A stretch of 64,000 bases of DNA from NCBI RefSeq assembly GCF_009914755.1, contig NC_060930.1. One strand, 5' to 3'. Made by a program: the position numbers and the translations under genes. Each line of letters begins with the position of its first letter. The stretch's first letter is position 1. The DNA is from the human T2T-CHM13v2.0 reference genome, Homo sapiens. Positions 14,668-28,758 of this stretch are shown here, piece by piece. A model generated the notes under the pieces. That model saw only the letters and a program-made list of their open reading frames with translations. It was not told the origin of the DNA and made no database searches.

Positions 14668-15998
14668 TGAAGGATGACAGCGTGCTGGCAGCCCTTGCAG
14701 CCCTCACTCACTCTTGGCACCTCCTTGGCCTCAAAGTGTCCACTCTGGCCATGCTTGGGGAGCCCTTCATCCCGCCACTGCGCTGTGGGGGCCCCTCTCT
14801 GGGCTGGTTGAGGCCAGAGCTGGCTCCCTGAGCTTGCCGGGAGGTGTGGAGGGAGAGGCGCGGGCGGGAACCAGGGCTGCGCGCCACACTTGTGGGCCAG
14901 CTAGAGTTCTGTATGGGCATGGGCTTGGCCGGCCTGCACTCGGAAAGGCCGGCTGGCCCCCGCCAGCCCCGGGCAGTACAGGGCTTATCACCAGGGCTAG
15001 CAGCTGCGGAGGGTGCGCCGGGTCCCCCAACAGTGCCGGCCCACCAACACTGCACTCGATTTCTCCCCGAGCCTTAGCTGCCTTCCTGCCGGCCAGGGCT
15101 CGGACCTGCAGCCCGCCATGCCTGAGCCTCCCCCTCACCGCCCCTGCCCTCGCCCCCGCCCCCAGCTCTTGCACAGCCCCAGCCTCCCCCACGAGCGCCG
15201 CCCCCTGCTCCACAGCACCCGGTCCCATTGACCGCCCAAGGGCTGAGGACTGCAGACGCAAAGCATGGCGCTGGCAGGCAGCTCCACCTGCCACCCCGGT
15301 GCGAGATCCACTGAGTGAAGCCAGCTGGGCTCTTGAGTCTAGTGGGGACTTCGAGAACCTTTATGTCTAGCTAAGAGATTGTGAATACACCAATCAGCAC
15401 TCTGTGTCTAGCTCAAGGTTTGTAAATGCACCAGTCAGCACCCTGTGTCTAGCTCAAGGTTTGTGAATGCACCAATCAGTGCTCTGTGTCTAGCTAATCT
15501 AGTGGGGACTTAGAGAACTTTTGTGTCTAGGTCAGGGATTGTAAATGCACCAATCAGCACCCTGTCAAAACGGACCAATCAGCTCTCTGTAAAATAGAGC
15601 AATCAGCTCTCTGTAAAATGGACCAATCAGCAGGATGTGGGTGGGGCCAGATAAGGGAATAAAAGCAGGCTGCCCGAGCTGCAGTGGTAACCCAGTCTGG
15701 TCCTCTTCCATGGTCTGAGAACTTTGTTCTTTTGCTGTTTGCAATGAATCTTACTGCTGCTTGCTTTTTGGGTCTGCACTGCTTTTATGAGCTGTAACAC
15801 TCACCACGAAGGTCTGCAGCTTCACTGCTGAGCCAGCGAGATCACGAACTCACCAGAAGAAAGAAATTCCTAACACATCCGAACATCAGAAGGAACAAAC
15901 GCCAGACACTGTGTTTAAGAACTGGAACACCCACCGCGAGGTTCTGTGGCTTCATTCTTGAAGTCAGTGAGATCAAGAACCCACCAATTCCGGACACA
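14668..15998 (+). mobile_element. Solo ERV9 LTR (LTR12, C/D/E group; probably LTR12E-like)
   Basis: Starts TGA..gacagcgtgctggcagccc, ends aagaacccaccaattccggacaCA; GC-rich U3 and CCAAT repeats; 4-bp TSD ctac/ttac. Confidence 0.93.
15385..15680 (+). promoter_or_regulatory. LTR12 U3 enhancer/promoter: repeated CCAAT (NF-Y) boxes and AATAAAA TATA-like element
   Basis: ccaatcag at about 15390, 15471, 15550, 15575 and 15623; GC box gggtgggg; aataaaagcaggctgcc at 15658. Known LTR12 architecture; activity not shown. Confidence 0.7.
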
Positions 15999-16111
15999 TT
16001 ACCACATTCCTTTTGAAACACAAAAAAACGACTGCTCGAGTAACTGGCAAAATAGGAAGCCAATCAGAAAATGGATTCATTTGCTAAACTATCTATAAGA
16101 CCTTCACTGTT

Positions 16112-16442
<331 letters not shown>

Positions 16443-17857
16443 CTAGCTTAAAGAAAAAGAAATTATAAACACTGTAAATTTACCAAAATAATAACTTTAT
16501 GCTTTATCAGGAATCCTAGACTTAATAAATAAACAAACGGACACCACTGCAAAACTCACACTGTGGCTGCAGGTTTGGATCACAGTGTAGCATGTTTATA
16601 GAAATACAAGTGGCCTACAATAGGGATCATTTTCTAAAAACCAATCTCCAACTTGCAAGCAGATTAATAACTTCAATATCCCCTGCTTGCAAGTAACCTG
16701 TTGGCCACATTCTCTTGAGTCCAGGTTAATAAACACTGCTGATTTGTATAGTCATTTTGTTGTTTGTTGATTTGAAGGCTGATTTTAAAACGGCTTTCAC
16801 TGAAATCGTTGGCCTTAGATTGCAAATTAAGCCTTGGAATTGCCAAATCTCTGACGACTGGTTCACTGCTTCCAGAGAAGGGAATTAACATGGCTACAGC
16901 TGTCGTTTCATTGCATTTCTCTTCTCAAGCAGACCAGCAAGGGCAAAGATGGTATTTAACAGAGGTCGCAAGCCAGATTCTGTCTGCAGACACATTTTGT
17001 TTAACCTCCACAGTGATTTTTAAAATGTTGAGCCAGTATTTAAAAATAAGAAAGTTGCCACTTAAAATAGAAATCCGATTTCTGATTTGTCTTGGAAAAT
17101 TAAAAGCTTTGGCAACATAGAGTCAGCATTCATGGTTGGCAGCAATTGGCCAGAGGTGAGTGGCAGCAGCGTGTTTTTCAGGCAATACTCTCCAGGCCCA
17201 TAGATCCCATTCTCCCTACTGCAGACCACAAACCAAAATGTCCTCTCCATTAAGGCGTCGTTTTAGTCATTGCTACATCCTTGGAACGAAGAGCAGAGCC
17301 TCGGAAGCAGTGGGTGCTTGAAAAATATTTATGTAATGTTGAATGAAGTGATCTCAAGGCAGATAGGTAATATTCATGGATGGCTCTAAGACAATAGGGA
17401 GTGTCCAGGAGCCCTCACAATGTATGCCCCAATTTTAAAAACTCTGCCAATCCTTAGCTTGCACTGCTGTTTTTCTTACAAAGAAAGATTTTCCCCTGTC
17501 ACTAACAAAAGCAGGGCCACAAGTGTCAAGGAAAACGAGAGCCCACATAGACCCAGCACACTTAACTCATTTATGTTTCTTGCCTGGCCCCTACAGGCAT
17601 CCGAATTTGAAACTTCTGAGAGACAGATGAGAGGAGGCCTGGTACCCACAATGACAAACTGCTCCACCATCATTCTCTCCCTCATCCTGCCCAGTAGTTT
17701 TCTGCACTACTGTCTAAATCTACATTGAGGAATAAGTAAAAAGAGGAATATAAACCCTGCCTTGGAGAGTCAATAGTTAACACACCATCACTCTACATAG
17801 GAGTAAGAACAGCAGTGTGGAATGGACTGGCATGTATGGTTAAGAAAGAACTGGTTT

Positions 17858-18165
<308 letters not shown>

Positions 18166-18667
18166 TCAAATCTCCTGCACACAGAGGAGTTGCTTAACCT
18201 CTGAAAGTCTCCAGTTTCTCTACAGGATATTTGAGAAATTTTTAAGATTGTGTATATCAGACTTCCAGCTTCCACTTAAGGTGTCCAAAGCTGGAAAGGG
18301 CATCATTCCCAAATGTAAAGCAATAAATATCCTAAGTAATCTGCAAATTTACCAATGCTATTAAACTCATCAGAGAGCTGAGGTCATAGGGTGACAGATT
18401 AATCCGAAACCTAGAGACAGTAAAGTGCCTCCAAGGAGTGACAGGACGCAAGCACTTGCTTACTGGAGCAGGTAGGAGACCCCTTGCGAATCAGTAAGAA
18501 GAATTCACCCAAAAATTGTCAAAAATGTCTAAAGTCTGAATGTGGCTTAGTTAACAGTATAGAACTTGTGGGGTCTTCAAACACAAGGGAAATTCACATC
18601 TACTCACAGCTTCTTCTCCATAGACCTTCTGGGTGCTCAGAATAAATACTGGGGCAAGATGAGAGCC

Positions 18668-18875
18668 CAGAGTGGTGGATCCAAATGGGGGGAAACTTTG
18701 CCTCCAAGGGGACCTTTGGCAATGTGTGGAGATATTTTTGATTGTCACAACTTGGGGGATCCAGTGGGTAGAGGCCAGTAATGTGGCTAAACATCCTACA
18801 ATACATAGACGAGTCCACTACGACAAAGAATTGCCCAATCCATAATATCAACAGAGCTGCTATTGAGAAACCCTG
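18668..18875 (+). mobile_element. MER20 (hAT-Charlie MITE)
   Basis: ggacctttggcaatgtgtggagatatttttgattgtcacaac...tgagaaaccctg. Confidence 0.8.
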
Positions 18876-19352
18876 GTCCATAGAAAGCTTCCCTAGTGAT
18901 GCAGGTTTTGTGGAGAGGAAGAGAAGCCACTATAGAAAAGCACAAAGCCTTACCTGAATATTCCATCTGTACCTCTCCTAAGGAAAAGAAGCCTCATCTG
19001 TTGGAAAGGCAGTGAACCCTGTTGTACCAAGCCACAGGTTAAGACTCTTTGCAGCTGGGAGAAGAGAATACAAACATACCCTGTAACCCTGTGGTAGGAG
19101 CAAGAAAATTTCCTGGCCCGAATTATTAGAGGTCTCCTACTTAAGGCAGAGGGACAGGATCACTGAGATGGCCCCATCCCTGAGACCCAGAGACACAGCT
19201 CCAGCTTAATTCTGAGAAGAATATCCATGCAGCCTACCATCAGGCTAGCAAGCACTGAGTAGCCAATAATATCAATGCCCTGGTGGAAGAGGAGCAAAAA
19301 CATAAAGAGCGACGCTGTCTAAAGGAAAGCTGCAAAGAAAGGACTTAAATAT

Positions 19353-19715
<363 letters not shown>

Positions 19716-20739
19716 TTAAGACTAGAGGAGTTCTCAGCCTGTGACACACTGATGATAGCCTTAACGACAACAACAACCACACCCAGCTCAAGTCCTGTCC
19801 TGGCTAGACAGACTGACCCCCACACATTGAAAGACTAACAAAATAAAAGGCATGCCATTTCTGGGTATAAAGAATGTTTATCTCAGTCTCTACTGTCCTA
19901 CCCAAAATGACCAGCTTTCTGATAAAGTCAGGTGACATATAAAAAAGCAAAGGGAGAGTGGAGGAGAGGGGGCACTCTGTCAGATAGACAAAGCAATCAA
20001 GAGAAGCAGAATCAGATGTGACCCAGGTGTTGAAAATGTCAGATAATTAAAAATAAAGTGATTAAAGTGTTAAAGGCCCTAATATAAAAGGTGGACAACA
20101 TACCTGACTAGATGTGGAATTTCAGCAGAGAGATGGAAACTATAAGAAAGAATTAAATGAAAATGTTACAAATAGTATGGTATTCAGAATGCTATCAACA
20201 ACCTCATTAGTAGTCTCAACATGACTGAGGATAGAATCAGTTGAACTCAAACTATTACCAATAGAAATTACTCAAATTTAACCACAAAGATCTTTTTTAA
20301 TGAGTTTAAAAAAAAGTTAATGCAGAGGATCTGAGAGTGATGGGACCAATTCAAATAATCGGACATACCTGTAATTTTGAAAGCAAAAGGAGAAGGGAGC
20401 ACAGGGTAGAAAAACCACTGAAGGGATGGTGGCTAGGAATTCCCTCAAATTAGTGATGGACACCAAAACTCACATTCGAAGGAACTCAGAGAAGACCAAC
20501 TAGCATAAAACACACCTGGATATATCATCTACAAACTACAAAAAACCAACAGCAAAGAAAAAATCTTGAAGGCAGACAAAGAGGCATATCACACACAGAG
20601 GAACACACATACGAATTACAGCAGACAATCAAAAACTATGTGAACCAGCAGGCAGCAAAGGAAACATCTTTACAGAAAAAAAAATCATAAATACAAAATT
20701 TTATACCCTGAAAAATATCTTTCAGAAATTATGATGTGG

Positions 20740-21088
<349 letters not shown>

Positions 21089-22554
21089 TCAAAAGTCAGC
21101 CTTCAAAAAACAATTATAAAATTGCAAGAAGAAAAGAGTCTAAAACAGTAATCTCAGTGCTCTGGAAAATGACCAGAGGTGAAAAACAAACAGAGAAAAA
21201 CATTCATTAATGGAAAACTGCTCAAATTAAGGCATGAACTGGGGGAGTCCATGGCATTCTTGGTTGAGGTTGCTCCAGTCCCCCACTACCCTGACCTTAT
21301 TCCGGCCAGACCAGTGTTGTAAAGTTGCCAGGGAAAGTCTGGCCAAAAAAACAACAATTTCACTGTTGGAGGGAGATGACTTCATTTGATGCTAGGGCAG
21401 AAAATCCACACCCAGTTGTATTGTAAGTGGAAGTAGCAAACTAATGGGAAGCAAATGAAAGCCCATGGCTCTACCACCCTGAATTGCAGTCCCGCTTGGG
21501 TGGAGCAGTGGAAAATTTGACTAGTCATTAATTTGGCAGGAAGAACCTAGAGATGAGAGGGCCAAAGAAGGGCTGGCTGATTGCTTCTCAGGTCTCTGGC
21601 TAACTGGGAGGCTGTGCACACGTGCAGGGAAGATTCAAGAGGGCCCAGCTGTCTACACATCCTGCATGGGCTTGGATGCTATGCAAGTCTACAGGAAAGA
21701 CCCAGGAGGGCCTGGCAGAAAGTAAACTCTGTGAACGTCTGAAAACTGTCTGAATGTTGAATGGGCTCCCAAACCCTCCCACAGATCCATCAGCAGAAGA
21801 CGGAAATCTTACGGTCAAGGTGTTTGAGGACAATCATTGGTTGACTACCAAACTATGCAGACACAGAGGAGCCACTAGAAAGCCAGCATAAACTTAACCT
21901 TTAAATTTTTCTTAAAATAAACAGAGACATCAGCAGCCACATATCATGGGGAAGACAGATTCAACAGATTAAGTTCCGGCAAGTTAAAACCAGAACAAAA
22001 GAAAACAAGCAAAACAATAACAACACACAAAAAGCAGGAATAACAGCACTCAGGGGAAAAAAATCAGAATTATATTTGCTACAATATATTATCTAAGATG
22101 TCTGGTTCTTGACAAAAATTTACAAGACAGAAAAAAAAGGAAAGTGTGACCTATATTCAGGGAACTAAACTGTCAATAAAAATTAACTCTGAGTGGATAA
22201 GGAAGTTGCGTTTAGCGGACAAAGACTTCAAAGCATTTATTATAACTATGTTCAAAGAATTAAAATAAGCCACATTTAAAGAATTAAAGAAAAATATCTG
22301 ACAGAATTAAAATAAAATATGATAAAGAAAAAATATAATTTTCAAAATAAGAAATTTCAAAAAAAATCAACACTCATACACAAAAATTAACCCCAAATGG
22401 GTCATAGTCCTAAATGTAAAAGCTAAAACTATTAAAATTCTAGGTGAAAGTTTCTGTGACTTTGGCAGTCTTATTCACAATTAATTATAAGAACAAAGGT
22501 ACAAACCCTAAAAGAAAAAAATGGAAAAAAGCAACCTTCAAAATTAAAAACATA

Positions 22555-23110
22555 TTATTACAAGTTTAGCTGCTCAAAACACCCAATTTATTGCTTCACA
22601 ATGCTATAGTTCAAAAGTCTGCCAGGGCATGGCTGGTTTGTGCTCAAACTGAAATCAAAATGTCAGCTGGCTACACTGTTATCTGAAGCACGGGGCCATT
22701 CATGTTATTCATGTTATTGACAGGATTTAGTTGTTTTCACCTTTAGGGCTGAAAGCCTCCCTTCCTTGCTGACTGTCAGTGAGGAGCCACATTTAGCTTC
22801 TAGAGGTAGCCACATTCTACATCCTGTGACCCATTCCATCTTCAAGCCAGCAATGGTGTGTACATCAAAACCTTCTTATGCTTTGAATCTCTCTGGCTTC
22901 TCTTTCTAACACCATCCAGAGAAAACTTTCTGGTTTGAAAGGGCTTCTGTGACAAAATTTATCCTACCTATATAATCTCTGTATCTTAAGCTCGACTGAT
23001 TAATACTTTAATTACTGCAAAATCCCTTCACATCAGTACCTAGATTAGTTATTGGATATCCAGAGGACAGGAAACGGGGAGACACGTTTAAAATTATGCT
23101 TACATAAGTG
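22555..23110 (-). mobile_element. MLT1 (E/F/G-like) MaLR LTR
   Basis: ctgaaatcaaaatgtcagctgg, catcttcaagccagcaatgg, attactgcaaaatcccttcac motifs. Confidence 0.7.
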
Positions 23111-24261
23111 TAGCATGGGAAGGAAAAAAAAGAAAAAAAAAAAGGCTTACCAAAACATCATTAAGAAGGGAAAAGACAAGCCACAGACTGGGAGAAACTA
23201 CTTTTGAATTTATATACCTAATAGACAACTTATATTCAGAATATATAAACACCACTTACGATTCAATAATAAGATGGCAAGCAACCCAGTTACAGGATGG
23301 GCAAAAGATATGAATAAACATTTGCTAAGAAGATATATGAATAGCTAATGAGCACATGAAAAGATGCTGAACATCATTAGTCAATGCCACTCCTAGGCAT
23401 TTCCCCAAATGAAATATAAACATATTTCATATACAAAAATCCATACATGAATATTTTTAGTGGCTTTATTTTAATTTCTAAAAACTAGAAACAACACTGA
23501 TTAATGTCCCCCAGCTGGTGAATGGATAAACCATGGTAAAACATGCAATAGAATACTATTCAGTAATAAAAGACATAAATCTTAAAGGTGAAGGAATACA
23601 GACTCAAAGCCTACAAAATGTTTAATTCCATATATGCCTTGCTGGAAAAGGCAAAACATAGAGCCAGAAAATATATCAGTGGTTACAAGTGCTAGGGCAA
23701 AGGGATAAGTTGGCTACAAAGGAATGAAAGGGAATCCAGCATGAATGAGGAGGAAAGTAATCGAATTCTTTCATATTTTGATCATAGTTGTAGTTACCTG
23801 AATGTATGCACTTGTCAAAATTCACAAAATTGTATACTAGAAAGGATGAATTTGACTGTATGCTAGTTACAGCTTCATCTTAAGAAAGAGAAACCTAATG
23901 TATATAAATTGCTCAGGAAAGAGTAGACTAAACTTTTTTCTAATTTTCATCAAAGAAATAAATGTTTATGACAAGAAATAAAATACAACAAAATGGTTAA
24001 TCTAAATCTGCCCCCACCCTGTTTTTTACCCACCCCAATTCATAACTCATAGAGGTGAATAGTTTTCATCTATTATGATTTTTGTTTGATGTGACGGTTA
24101 ATTCTATTACTGTAATTAATATAATTAATGCAGTGGTGTGTATCTTATCATTGATATCATGTATATATTATATTGAAATAATAAAGAGTAATAAAATATT
24201 TAAATTGTAATTTCTTATGTTTTTTATGTTATTATATTTCTTATGTTGTTTTCTTAATCTT

Positions 24262-24905
24262 GTCATAGATTAGGGGTTGAATGGTGTTACCCAAAAAAAA
24301 GTCAACATTCTAACCCCTAGTACATGTGAACGTGACCTTATTTGCATATAGGGTGATCTGGCTTCTCTTTCTATCACCATCCAGAGAAAACTTTCTGGTT
24401 TGAAAGGGCTTGTATGACAAAATTTATCCTACCTACATAATCTCTGTATCTCAAGATTCACTGATTGATACTTTAATTACTGCAAAATCCCTTCACATCA
24501 GTACTAGAGTTCAGTTCAGTATGAGTTCAGATGAACTCATACCGCAGATGAGTTCGGATGAAATCATTAAGGTGACCCATAGTCAAATGCAACTGTTTCC
24601 TTATAAAAAGTGGAAATTTGGTGACAGAGACAGAACTGCACACAGGAAGAAAACCATGTGAATATGAAGAAAGAGATGGGGGGTGATGCCTCCACAAGCC
24701 ACGGAATGCCAAAGACTGCCAGCAGTCACCAGAAACTATGGGGAGGCATGGAACAGATAGTTGCTCACAAGCGTCAGAAAGAACTGACCCTGCTGACACC
24801 TTGATTTTAGACTTCCAGCCTCCAGAACAGAGAGAGAATAAATCTCTGTTGTTTAAGCTGCCCAGTTTGAGCTACTTTGTTATGACAGTCCTAGCAAAGT
24901 ATATT
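24262..24905 (+). mobile_element. MLT1C-like LTR carrying a templated insertion
   Basis: gtgaacgtgaccttattt...aagccacggaatgccaaag...gacttccagcctccagaac...aataaatctctgttgtttaagc. Confidence 0.85.
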
Positions 24906-25600
24906 AATTTGGTATATTACCATGAATGATTAAAATGTATTTTATTTATACTATTCTTTTTTTCTCTTCTCTCCACATCACTTCCAATTATGTAAGTTAC
25001 TGGGTATCAAGATTTCATATCTTCTAATGGTTGCATTAAATAATATCCAACCTTTATTTGTTATGTCATAGCCTCTACAGAGAATCGCCTCACTTCTTTC
25101 AAAGCATGAGCATTTTAAGGCCCACACCCTTTCTACCCATTTCTTCCCAACATCTCTCTCCAAATCTCTCTCAACTATACCATTACTTTGAATTTTCAGG
25201 TTGAATATATACATTCTGTCATAACCATAATAATTATAACAACATTTTGTGCTTTTGTTAATTTAAATTTGATTTTTATATTTTGAGGTCAAATGTCACA
25301 TTTTATTAATTATATAGGGTATAATTGAACACTTCTGCAATAGTCAAAGTAATAAAAAATGCACTAGTAATTCTGGATGCCTTTACAGAAACTTACACAT
25401 GGAATATGGCATGTAGATCCTGATGGAGTTAGAAGTCTATAAAAGAGAGCTAAAATGTACATTCCTTGATGGTACTAAATAAGGTTGACCCTAGAAAAAT
25501 CATCAAATAGTAAATAAAAATTCATTATATAGGCATACTTTGTCTTCATAAAGCCTCACTTTCTCCAAATTCTATTTCATATTTTCCCAAAATACTAAAC

Positions 25601-25903
25601 TTTTTTTTTTTTTTTTTTTTGAGGAGTCTTGCTCTGTCGCCCAGTGGTGCGATCTCGGCTCACTGCAGCCTCCGCCTCCCCGGTTCAAGCGATTCTCCTG
25701 CCTCAGCCTCCTGAGTAACTGGGACTACAGGCACATGCCACCACACCCAGCTAATTTTGTTTTTATTTTATTTTATTTTATTTTTAGTAGAGATGGGGTT
25801 TCACCATGTTGGCCAGGATGGTCTCATTCTCTTGACCTTGTGATCCACCTGCCTCGGCTTCCCAAAGTGCTGGGATTACAGGCATGAGCAACGGTGCCTG
25901 GCC
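25601..25903 (-). mobile_element. AluS with small internal deletion
   Basis: Poly-T then Alu reverse complement; TSD cccaaaatacta. Confidence 0.92.
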
Positions 25904-26007
25904 CCAAAATACTATACTTTTATTTTCCAAGTTAAGAGAAAATCAAGAAATCAATTCATGCTAATATGTAAATGATTCTTAATGGTCCTTCCAAGGCAAC
26001 ATTTATA

Positions 26008-27622
26008 ATTTTTTTTAAACTTTTAAGTTCAGGGGTACATGTGCAGGTTTGTTACATAGGTAAACTTGTGTCATGAGGGTTTGTGTACAGATTATTTCAT
26101 CACCCAGGAATTTAGCCTAGTATCCATTCTTTTTTTTCCTGATCCTCTCCTTCCTCCAACACTCCACCTTCCAATAGGCCCCAGTGAGTGTTGTTCCCCT
26201 CGATGTGTCCATGTGTTCTCATCATTTAGCTCCCACAATAGCCATTATTATTATTATTATTAGCTCCCATAGTAACCATTCTGATTGGTGTGAGATGCTA
26301 CCTCATTGTGATTTGATTTGCATTTCTCTAATGATCAGTGGTGTCGAGCTTATTTTTCATATGATTGTTGGCCACATGTATGTCTTTGAAAAGTGTCTAT
26401 TCATGTCCTTTTTCCACTTTTTTATGGGATCGTTTGTTTTTTCTTGTAAATGTAAACTTCTTATAGATGCTGGATATTAGACCTTTGTCAGACACAGACT
26501 TTGAAAACATTTTCTCCCATTCTATAGGTTGTCTGTTCACTCTTTTGATAGTTTCTTTATTTTCATTATGCAGAAGCTCTTCCATCCCATTTGTCAATTT
26601 TTGCTTTTGTTGCAATTGCTTTTGGCATCTTCGTCATTAAATCTTTACCCGTGCCTATGTCTTGAGTGGTCTTGCTTAGGTGGTCTTCCAGTGTTTTTAC
26701 AGTTTGGGGTTTTACATTTACATCTTTAAACCATCTTGAGTTCATTTTTGTACATAGTGTAAAGAAGAGGTCCAGTTTCAGTCTTCTGCAAATGGCTAGC
26801 CAGTTATCCCAGCAACATTTGTTAAATAGTGAATCCTTTCCCCATTGCTTGTTTTTGTCAGGTTTGTCGAAGATCAGATAGCTGAAGGTTGGCGGTTGTA
26901 TTTCTGGGTTCTCTATTCTGTTCCATTGGGCTATGTGTCTGTTTTTGTCACAGTTTCATGCTGTTTTGGCTACTGTAGGCCCGTGGTATAGTTTGAAGTC
27001 GGGTAGCATGATGCCTCCAGTTTTGCTCTTTTTGCTTAGGACTGCCTTGACTATTTGGGATCCTTTTTGGTTCCATACTCATTTTAAAATAGTTTTTTCT
27101 AGTTCTGTGAAGAATGTCAGTGGTAGTTTAATAGGCATAGCATTGAATCTATAAATTGCTTTGGGCAGTACGGCCGTTTTAACGATATTGATTCTTCCTA
27201 TTCATGAGCATGGGATGTTTTTCCATTTGTTTGTGTCATCTCTGATTTCTATCAGCAGTATTTTGTAGTTCTCCTTGTAGAGATCTTTCACCTCCCTGGT
27301 TAGCTGTATTCCTTGGTATTTTATTCTTTTTGAGGCAATTGTGAATGGGCGTTCATTCCTGATTTGTCTCTCAGCTTGACTGTTGTTGGTGTATAGGTAT
27401 GCTAGTGACTTTTGCACATCAATTTTGTATCCTGAGACTTTGTTGAAGTTATATATAAGCTTAAGGAGTTTTTGGCAGAGATGATGGGGTTTTCTAGATA
27501 TAAGATTATGTTGTCAGCAAACAGGGATAGTTTAACTTCCTCTCTTCCTATTTGGGTGACCTTTATTTCTTTCTCTTGCCTGATTCCTCTGGCCAGAACT
27601 TCTAATATTATGTTGAATAGGA
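26008..27622 (-). mobile_element. 5'-truncated L1PA11-13-like element with internal deletion
   Basis: 3'UTR plus degenerate ORF2 C-terminal part (ORF track: DLYKENYK...WKNIPCS). Confidence 0.9.
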
Positions 27623-27624
27623 AA

Positions 27625-28090
27625 ATGTTAATTTTATATTCAGGGGATACATGTGCAGGTTTATTACAAGGGTATATTTCATGATGCTGAGGTTTTGGCT
27701 TCTATTGTTCCCGTCACCGAGGAAGTGAGCATAGTACCTAACAGAATGGTTTTCAACCCTCGCACCCCCCCCTTCCTCTGTCCTTTTGGAGTCCCTGGTG
27801 CCTATTGTTCCCATCTTTATGTATGTGTGTGCCCAAGGTTTAGCATACTTATCAGTGAAAACATGCGATATTTCGTTTTCTGTTTCCGCATCAATTTACT
27901 CAGGTTAATGGCCTTCAGCTGCATCCATATTGCTGCGAATGACATGATTTCATTCTTTTTATGGCTGTATAGTATTCCATGGTGTAAATGTACCACAGTT
28001 TCTTTATCCAATCCACCACTGATGGGCACTTAGCTTGATTCTGTCTTTGCTATTGTGAATAGTGCTTCAATAAACATGAGTGAAGGTGTC
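27625..28090 (-). mobile_element. L1 3'-end fragment (L1PA15-17/L1PB-like)
   Basis: caggggatacatgtgcaggtttattac...KNEIMSFAAIWMQL. Confidence 0.82.
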
Positions 28091-28461
28091 ATATTTTTGT
28101 GCTTTGTCTGCAATTTATTCTAAAAACCAAAACCTGATAGCAGCCTTCTCACTATGACTATATTAATACTGCTTACTGTAAGATCATGCAGTTGCTAAGT
28201 TCAGTGTCATGGCTCCTGTACTACTCAAAGGAGAATAGACCCAGCATCAAGGTTAAGTGGCCCCTTTCATCTATAGTTTGTTTGCCTCCCTTCCCGGTCC
28301 ATTTTCTTTCTTCACTCTTTCTGTGAAAATTCAATTCATCAAATGTTTCATTCCTTGGGTTAAATCTCTGCATCATTTAACAACATTTCCCACACTTTCT
28401 GAATCTTTGACGTCTTTTCCCTACTTTCTGGGACATTTTCTTAACTTTGTCTTCCAACTTC

Positions 28462-28758
28462 TTTTTTTTTTTTTTTTTTTGAGACAGAACATTGCTCTGC
28501 TGCCCGGGCTGGAGTGCAGTGTGCCATCTTAGCTCACTGCAACCTCAGCCACCTGGGCTCAAGCAATTCTCATGCTTCAGCCTCCCAAATAGCTGGGATT
28601 ACAGGAGTGCACCACGCCCAGCTAATTTTTGTATTTTTAGTAGAGACGGGGTTTCACCATGTTGGCCAAGATGGTCTCGAACTCCTGGCCACAAGGGGTC
28701 CACCCACCTCGGCCTCCCAAAGTGTTGGGATTACAGGTGTGAGCCAACCAGGCCCAGC
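28462..28758 (-). mobile_element. Alu (Jb/Sx-like)
   Basis: Reverse-complement Alu dimer. Confidence 0.92.

Noticed and set aside
14646-15370. Overlapping long ORFs up to 218 aa on both strands
   Set aside because: Lie in the GC-rich U3 of LTR12, where stops are rare; no recognisable domain.
15361-15630. Regular repeats with variable spacers, superficially CRISPR-like
   Set aside because: Standard LTR12 U3 tandem enhancer units in a primate genome; no cas genes.
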